Origin: Thalia democratica
Lineage: Eukaryota
NCBI GenBank assembly: GCA_965202585.1
Contig: OZ241832.1
Location: 46,996,001 to 47,060,000, forward strand
Length of the DNA: 64,000 bases
Reading direction: 5' to 3'
The notes under the pieces are model-generated. The model saw nothing but the letters and a program-made list of their open reading frames with translations. It was not told where the DNA came from and did no database searches. Both the position numbers and the translations under genes were made by a program. Positions 56,135 to 64,000 of the stretch are shown here, one piece after another; position 1 is the stretch's first letter, and each line of letters opens with the position of its first letter.

Positions 56135-57888
56135 TAGTGATGTACCGGACCCGGATCCGAACTTTTTTTTCAAATTAGAATCCGGCCGGAACCGGATCCG
56201 GACATTTTTTTCAAACTAGAGTCCGGCCGGAACCGGATCCGGACTTTATTTTCAAATTAGAATCCGGCCGGAACCGGATCCGGACTTTTTTTTCAAATAA
56301 GAATCCGGCCGGATCCGGATATCAGACAAAAATGGCAATATCCGGCCGGACCCGGATAGTGAGTCCGGTACATCACTAGTATAAACTAGCCTGAGTTAGA
56401 ATGAGGTTTTTAAAAACTGAAAAAAAAGAACTTTAATCTAATAATTAGTAGAACAGCTAGCCACAAGGTTTACAAATTTAGGTGTTATTTACAATTAAAA
56501 ATCTGAAATCAAGTTCTTGAAAAAAATACACTAGAAAATTACAAAATATTGAAAACTGGTTCAGCTCAAACTCATTCAAAATCTTAAAGAAAACTAGCCT
56601 GAGTTTTATAAAAAACTAAACTAGCCTGAGGCAGTCCAAGATTTTCTAAAATTCCCAAAAATTTTTAAACTAGCAGGTTTGCCACTGTTTAAGTCAATAA
56701 AACTAGCTAGACTGAGTATAAACAAGCCTGAGTCAGAATGAGGTTTTTAAAAACTGAAAAATTACTTTAATCTAATAATCAGTAGAACAGCTAGCAAAGA
56801 TTGACAATTTGGTAGTAAAGTTGTGGACTGATTGTGGTACACTTAACTTATTAGTACTACCCATCATAAATAAATCCTACCTTATTTAATTAATATCTAA
56901 CAAATACCAAATTCTAACTGAGACTACTTTCTATAATCAGACACGACAGTTTTGAGTGATGAATCTTCTATATAAAACACAACAAGAAATACTAGCATAT
57001 ACAAAATTATTAATTATTTTGGTAACACTTTAAAAACTGGAAGCTATTTAAATCGATATAAAAAGACTTAAAACAATAAACTAAAAATTAAATAAAACTT
57101 TTAGTAAACAAGAAACTGTAAAATTTTCAATAAACTATTAAACTATAAACCTGGCTTAAATATTTAAACAATTAAACACCAGTTGAAATATTTACTTTTA
57201 AAACAAAACACTACTTACAATAAGCATTCACAAAAAAGTTCAAGATTTTTTGTTGCTTCAAGCTGCACACCAAACTAACTAACTGCTTACATATAAACTG
57301 CCTGTGTTGTTCTAATGTTTTGTTGCATCAGTATTTAGTTTGAAACATTTCGTCATATGATTCTCATTGGCTCGTACATTACCGTATTAACTCTAAATAT
57401 TCTCTGAGCTCAACTTTAAACAGTAAATAATGCAAGTATTCATTCCAAAGTTTTCTATTTTACAACATATGTAAAGAGTTGCATTTCTGAAATGTTTATT
57501 TCATAGTTTAAATGTAAACAAATGTAAATTAGTCACGTGTACAAAATGAGCCAATCACGGTAGGTGTTTAATTTTAACTGACGAAAATGACTCTTAACAA
57601 TTTACACAGGGTTTGTTTTTGAAAAAAAAAAAATCAGTATGCTCTTTTTTACTAACTAGATCCGGGTCCGGCCGGATCTCTGTTAGAATCCGGCCGGAAC
57701 CGGATCCGTACTTTTTTTTTCAAATTAGAATCCGGCCGGAACCGGATCCGGACTTTTTTTTAAAAATAAGAATCCGGCCGGAACCGGATCCGGACTTTTT
57801 TTAAAAATTAGAATCCGGCCGGATCCGGATATCAGACAAAAATGGCAATATCCGGCCGGACCCGGATAGTGAGTCCGGTACATCACTA
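56135..57888. mobile_element. Composite hAT-type non-autonomous element (1,754 bp) with perfect 8-bp TSD
   Basis: Left TIR TAGTGATGTACCGGAC at 56135; right TIR GTCCGGTACATCACTA ending at 57888; TTTATTAT on both sides (56127-56134, 57889-57896); a second internal right TIR ends at 56378. Confidence 0.85.
56161..56325 (+). repeat. 41-bp subterminal tandem repeats rich in CCGG palindromes
   Basis: TCCGGCCGG at 56181, 56222, 56263, 56304; similar run at ~57660-57830. Confidence 0.9.
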
Positions 57889-58928
57889 TTTATTATTTAC
57901 TGAGGAAAGGCGCTGCTAATAAAACCAAACTATTGAATGAACAAAATCCTACATATTAAACAATGGTTTATAAGTTTAAAACTTTTTAAATTACTGATAG
58001 CTTATAATATAAAGTATCTTATCTTAATCAAGTGAATTTAAATCAAAGTTGTTATTTTTTTTTTTGCAAAGATTAGTTTTGTTTGAAAGCTAATTCGACA
58101 TTTAAACTGAAAGATAATTATGACTGCATGCATTTTTCGATTTATTTTCGTTGTAATTAATCATTTTAATAAGGTATAAAAATGGATTATAAATTAATTG
58201 TAGTTAGTTAGTTTCAAAAAGCATTAGGAAAAGTCTTTTGATTTCTAAAGATTAAATATTAAGTTTTGATAATAGTCAATGTTAGAAATATGATGCGTAT
58301 TGCAGCCCTTAAAGACTACTCCTCCGTACTTTTTCTTTGAAGAGATTCTATATGATTAATATACATTTTTTAAGTATGGAGACCAGATTGGCAAGTTGCA
58401 TACAAACTTAGGGCGAATTTATATGATATACAACTTTTTAAGAATATTAATAATAGCAGTATATATTAAACTTGAAATAATACAGTTAATAAAGTTTAGT
58501 AATCGAAATTAATTTGGTGAACTCATCTAAAATTATCATCATTAAATTCAAAGTTCTTAAAACGATAGTGTATATTGTTTAATACATAGTTTAAAGTAGA
58601 GGTAGACATTTTTTAATTTAGAACGTAGTTGAAACATTTCGTGTATTTTATAAATTTAGGTGAATGTTTTAAAGAAGATTACATGGGCGAGATTTGGCTA
58701 ACATCGGACTTGTTATACAAATAAACATGTCTGTTTAATTATTAGTGACTTTTTTTTTTCGCTCTAGGACTAAATAGGAATTTATTAATGATGTGAAATC
58801 AAGACGGTCAATCGACGTAACATACTTTTGCGGTTTGTTATATGATATAACTGTTTTTATAGCTAGGTAATATCTAAAAATCATGATTTTCCACTTAGTA
58901 TAACAAAAGTATTTGATTTCTCCCAATG

Positions 58929-59693
58929 TTTGTTTGAATTCCATTACCTTAATAGGCCTATGAAAGTTGTAGAACAATTTGTATAAGTAATTGAGATAAA
59001 ACTTAAAACTAACCTACTAAAAAACGTTAATACATTGGTCAGCAGTAATACAACATTTAAGTCAGATTTACAATGTAGTTTTTAGACCGTAATATAAAGG
59101 TTTTTGTATCTGAATATTACAATTGTAAAGGTTTACTTTTTAAATTTTGCTTATGCTAAAATTATTATAGTCATGTGAATTACAATAAAATCCATATCAA
59201 ATATAGTTCTAACTGCTTACTTTAAATTCCTACAAAGAAGAGTTCAAAATATTGTAAAGTAAATGATTTAGTAAATTGTATATGATTAACGAAAAACGTC
59301 GGTTAAAGTAGATTGAAAAAATTATAAATATGAAATACTGAAAAAAAATTGAAATTATGTGTAGGATAAAAATTCAAAAAATGATGTAATAAAAATAAAT
59401 TAAAATCATGGTAAATTAAATTAAAATTACAATTTGTGCTTAAAATATTTTTACGTAAAACATTAAAATCATTATGTTTTAAAGTAACTAAAAATAGTAC
59501 TTTTTTCTATTATTTCAATAACTTTATTAAGACTAGCTTGTTTTTGCATGAAATCCAGATTAAAAAACAAAAATAAAATTAACAAGTAAAATGGGTTAGA
59601 AACGATCAGGTTAGAAGTGATCGGGTTAGAAACGATCGAGTTAGAAGTGATCGGGTTAGAAATGATCGGGTTAGAAATGATCAGCTTCCGTCA
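58929..59693 (-). repeat. Interspersed repeat copy, inverted relative to the copy at 62975-64000
   Basis: TTTGTTTGAATTCCATTA at 58929 matches the reverse complement of the window end; ACTTTATTAAGACTAG at 59521 matches the reverse complement near 63425-63440. Confidence 0.85.
59593..59682 (-). repeat. 15-bp array, reverse orientation
   Basis: (CGGGTTAGAAATGAT)n, 6 units. Confidence 0.9.
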
Positions 59694-59837
59694 TCTGCAT
59701 CTTTAATGTTAACAAGTTTTCAAGACAAAATGTTGAAAAGTTGAATTTTGGAGCTGCATGAACTTTCAGTAACATGTTAATTAAATCATGATCGTTATTT
59801 AAAGTTTACTGCAACACGAGAAAAATAAGACAAGTTG

Positions 59838-59912
59838 AACTCGAGCAGAAGAAACTTGAGGAGGGAATACTCAAGCAGAAGCAACTCGAGCAGGAACAAC
59901 TCAAGCTGGGGC
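59838..59912 (+). repeat. Purine-rich 15-bp minisatellite, 5 units (AACTCRAGCAGRARC)
   Basis: Units at 59838, 59853, 59868, 59883, 59898. Confidence 0.7.
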
Positions 59913-60280
59913 AACCTCGTTTTTTTTAAGTTAATTGCATGTTTTTTTATTTTTATTACTAGTTAGACAAGTCATAAAACCAAATTAGTAAATTTATAAC
60001 TGTGCAAACACAGAAACTTACGTGGACATAAATAAAAATAAAAGTAGCTGTAGTTGTTAGGAAAGGGTGATTATATACAAAAGTATGAGATATGTGTTTT
60101 TTATTATATTTTATTTACTATAAATTAAACAAATATGTTAAACTTTTTTTTATGAAAAATTTGCTATTTCTTCATATTACCTTCATGATTTTAATCTAAG
60201 TATCTCAAACTAGGGGATTTTTTAATTTGACTATGTCAATCTGCAGCACCCCCTAACAAAAAGACCACGCAACACCACTG

Positions 60281-60370
60281 CTTCTAACTCGATTATTTAT
60301 AACCCGCGTTCTTTTCTAACCCGATCATTTCTACCCAAACACTTCTAACCTAATCATTTCTAACTCAATC
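60281..60370 (+). repeat. 15-bp array, continuation of the array at 54361-54401 after the hAT insertion
   Basis: Degenerate TTTCTAACCCGATC units. Confidence 0.8.
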
Positions 60371-60973
60371 AGTAAATTTTTTGTCTATTTTTGTATTTCT
60401 TTATTCAGAACTTATTTTAAAACAAACTAAATTTAACAAAAGTGGTCTTTTTTTGAAATAAGTCAACAACTATACAACGCTTGTGCTAGACTTTCAACAA
60501 AGCTTATAAACTGTAATATGAAAATATTTGTATCTGATTATTACATTTGTAACAATTTACTTTTTAAAACTTACTTGTTTTATCATTTAGCTTACTTGAT
60601 AATCTAGTTACCTAAAAGACAAGAATATATAACTTAAATGTAGTTAATACAGCTCACTTTAAGAATTTTACAAGGCAGAATTTCAAAAAAAATCTAGTAA
60701 TTCATATTAAATAAGAAAATAATGTTCGATTTACGAAGGTTTAAATGAAAAAAATAATCAAAATAAAGAAAACAATTTGAAATTACAATAAGTCGAATTA
60801 CAATTTATTTAAATCAAAACTATTTAAACTTCAAGTTTTGGTTAAGGTAAAGTAAACTATGTTTCGATACTAAAACAATTTAGTTAACATTAGTTTAGTT
60901 TTGAAAAAAACACTGATTAAAATAAATCTAAAAAAACAACAAATTTTTACTGATCGGGTTAGAAGAAATTAGG

Positions 60974-62731
60974 TTAGAAGTGATCATGTTAGAAATGATC
61001 GGGGTAGAAATGATCGGCTCCCGCACTGTGCAGTGCATAAAGTATGCTAATCTCTTCTGTTATCATGTACTCTCTTTCTTTATGACGTCATAAAGCTTCA
61101 CACGAACGTTAGCATTCAGAATATCAAACATTAATACATGCAACTCATGTTAGTTAGATCCTTCTACAAGGTGAACGGAAATGAAGACGGTTTGAACACA
61201 TAACTTGATGTGTGAAACGTGTCTTGCCGAAATTCTTGTTACGCAGAAAGGCACGAAGCACAATCTGATTCGTCCCCTAAAAGAAGGATCTCACCTGATG
61301 TTTGAATCAGATCTTATTCATAAAATTAACTACAAAATTTAGCGGCGAGCTTTGTTTAAAAGTCTATTCTGATCCATGTACGTTTCTATGGGAAACTTTT
61401 TTGCAATAAATTAAAGAATGTTACTCATAGTAAATGAAAATAGTTTGATTTGCATTAAAAAATATTATAGTTTAAAGCAATTGATTTTTTGCATTATTAA
61501 GTTTTCTCTGGAGAAGCAAAGATTTCCTTACTTCAAATTAAAGCATAAATTACTTTATAAAAAGTTTATCAAACATAATACAAAAAAAGGCATTTGTAGC
61601 TAATATAAAATAATCTAAATATTCGTATTATTTAATAAAATTTTAATTTATACCTAATTATATCATGTTTGAAAATAAGCTTATAACAACATATAAAAGT
61701 TTTCTTGTGATTTTAAACGATAATATATAGCCCCACTAGGCTGGTTGTTGGTCACTCAGAAAGAGCGATTTCCCTCCACTGCTGCCTTAACAACAGTGGA
61801 ACAGTCATTACGACACTCAGCAAGCTGAAGTCATTTTCCTGCTCAGAAAACCTCTCCACAATTCATCATCGTGAGTGGTTGACCGTCATTGTTAAATAAC
61901 GTTCGTGAGACACATACTTTAGAAATGATCCCTAAAAGTATGATCTTGAGATTGCATCGCAGATTAAAAATATGTTTTTAAGTGTGTAAGCTACAACTTA
62001 GATGTTTACTGTTGTGACATCACAAACGATAGAGCTTTGTTGTGACGTCATATCAGAGAGAGAGAGAGCACTATTAAATAAAAACTGTAACTTAATAAAA
62101 TTTAAGCGCTATATCATACAAATAATAAACTAAATGGTATTTTTAAAATTGAGTAGTTTGCCTATACCGTTTTCTTTACTGTTAACTTGTTGTTTTCCAA
62201 ATAAAGAAATAAACAAAGGTTAATGGCTAAATATCTAGTTTTTATTTGTATGAAATATTTTACAAATCTATTTGTGTTGGAAACGTTATGTTTCAAAATA
62301 AATATCAACATTTTGGTAAACTTACAATTCCTACCCACGATCAATTTCCACCCACGTACAACTCCCACCTTTCTTTTGTCTTTACTTATTGATCTTTTTT
62401 TTATTATCACTGTTACCCTTAACCCTTACCCTTGGTCGGTTCTCAGATTTGATCAATTTTGAATTGTGCGGGTGGGAATTATGCGCAGGTGGGAGTTGAT
62501 CGCGGGTTGGAACTGAGCGGTTCTACAAATTTTAAACGTTATCTCGCATTTAAATTTATTGATCAAATTAAAACTTACTTTGAAGCATTGAAAAGCATTT
62601 GTGTTGTGTTAACATTTTATTTAAGTAAAGTATTTCAAACCTTCCTTTGGTACATCTGTTTATGGAGAATAAATAAATTAATTTCAAAAGTAAACTTGTA
62701 ATTCAGTTAAAGATGGTTAAATTGAAAAATA
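60974..62731 (-). repeat. Right arm of ~1.8-kb inverted duplication
   Basis: Reverse complement of 52631-54401. Confidence 0.92.
62324..62508. mobile_element. Mirror copy of the MITE/HINE-like element (one 15-bp subrepeat shorter)
   Basis: Reverse complement of 52853-53051 within the right arm. Confidence 0.5.
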
Positions 62732-62984
62732 CAAGTTAGAAATGATCGGGTTAGAAATAATCGCAGGGTAAACCGCACAGTGTACAATGACATATATTTT
62801 ATATTCAAATTAGCTTCCGAATCCTATGTAAATTTTAAAATTTTCTCGCAATATTTAGTGTAAGCTTCAAAACCCTCCTCAAATACGGTTGGGACTTTTT
62901 TTAAGCACCCCGTTAAGACCGCTGCTCTAAAATTTTCTATGCCATATAATAATAACGAGAAAGAGCTAAAACAAGCGGGAGCTG

Positions 62985-63368
62985 ATCATTTCTAACCCGA
63001 TCATTTCTAACTCGCTGTCATTTCTAACCCGATCACTTCTAACCCGATCGTTTTTAACCCGATTTAACCCAATCATTTCTAACCCGATCACTTCTAACCC
63101 GATTTAACCCAATCATTTCTAACCCGATTACTTCTAACCCGATCACTTCTAACCCGATCACGTCCAACCCGATAATTTCTAACAAGATCATTTCTAACCC
63201 GATTATTTCTTACCCGATTTAACCCAATCATTTCTAACCCGATCATTTCAAACCCGATCACTTCTAACCCGATCACGTCCAACCCGGTCATTTCTAACAA
63301 GATTATTTCTATCCGATTATTTTAACCTGATTTAACCCAATCATTTCTAACCCGATCGTTTCTAACCC
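62985..63368 (+). repeat. 15-bp tandem array with occasional 11-bp variant units
   Basis: About 25 units; headed by GCGGGAGCTG. Confidence 0.92.
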
Positions 63369-64000
63369 ATTCTACTTGTTTATTTTATTTTTATTTTTTA
63401 GTCTGTATTTTATGCAAAAACAAACTAGTCTTAATAAAGTTATTAATTTTTTTTTTCAAATATAATGATTTTAATGTGTTACGTAAAAAATATTGTTAGT
63501 ATAAATTTAATTTTCAGTATTAATTTAACATAAGTTTATTTTATTTATTTTACCTCATTTTATCCTACACATAATTTCAATTTTTTTTTTCATTGTTTAA
63601 TATTTTTTGTTCTTTTAATCTACTTTAACAAACGTTTTTTGTTAATCATATACAAATCACTAAATCGTTTACTTAACAATATTTTGAACTACTCTTTGTA
63701 GGATTTTAAAGTAAGCAGTTATAAGTATATTTAAGTTGGATCTTATATTAATTCACATTACTTTAATAACTTAAACATAAGCAAATTGTAATAGTAAACC
63801 TTTACAATTGTTATATTTAGATACAAAAACCTTTATATTACGGTCTAAAAATACATTGTAAGTCTATTGTAAATGTTGTATTATTGCTGACTAATGTATT
63901 AACGTTTTTTAGTAGGTTAGTTTTAAGTTTTATCTCAATTACTTATACAAATTGTTTTACAATTTTTATAGACTTATTAAGATAATGGAATTCAAACAAA

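Larger units (their letters stand above)
54403..60280. mobile_element. ~5.9-kb non-autonomous hAT-like DNA transposon with nested repeats
   Basis: TIRs CAGGGGCGTCGCGTGG versus (reverse complement of right end) CAGTGGTGTTGCGTGG; 8-bp TSD CTTCTAAT (54395-54402) / CTTCTAAC (60281-60288); interrupted 15-bp array resumes after it; no transposase ORF seen. Confidence 0.7.

Noticed and set aside
56161-56325. Regularly spaced palindromic repeats resembling a CRISPR array
   Set aside because: Eukaryotic context, no unique spacers, no cas genes; they are subterminal repeats of a TIR element
54777-63300. ORFs with RVRND/GLEMI or IRPEPDP repeats (54777, 55012, 57613, 63094)
   Set aside because: Translations of 15-bp and 41-bp DNA tandem repeats
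54793-63368. Interstitial telomere
   Set aside because: No tandem (TTAGGG)n run; the hexamer occurs once per 15-bp unit

Overview
Eukaryotic (AT-rich, invertebrate-like metazoan) DNA containing the end of a tandem replication-dependent histone gene array and its transposon-rich flank. Bases 1-~49,870 hold five full copies and one truncated copy of an 8,809-bp unit. Each unit has a ~4.4-kb spacer built from diverged ~0.9-1.2-kb subrepeats, a minus-strand 5S rRNA gene carrying the same 8-nt internal deletion in all six copies, and five tightly packed co-oriented histone genes (H1>H3>H4>H2A>H2B). Each histone gene has a 3' stem-loop, and the four core genes each have an octamer plus TATA promoter. 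The array decays toward its end. Unit 4 has a 411-bp H4-H2A deletion, and unit 5 has 7-bp (H4) and 23-bp (H2B) frameshifting deletions; all three are flanked by microhomologies. Unit 6 becomes abruptly divergent at ~48,611 and ends in an orphan H1 with a damaged stem-loop. The flank (50.3-64 kb) has no recognisable protein gene. It contains a ~1.8-kb-armed inverted duplication, a ~5.9-kb non-autonomous hAT-like element inserted in one arm, a nested composite hAT MITE with a perfect 8-bp TSD, and several arrays of a 15-bp repeat (ATCATTTCTAACCCG). All alignments were done by eye; the species cannot be assigned from this window.
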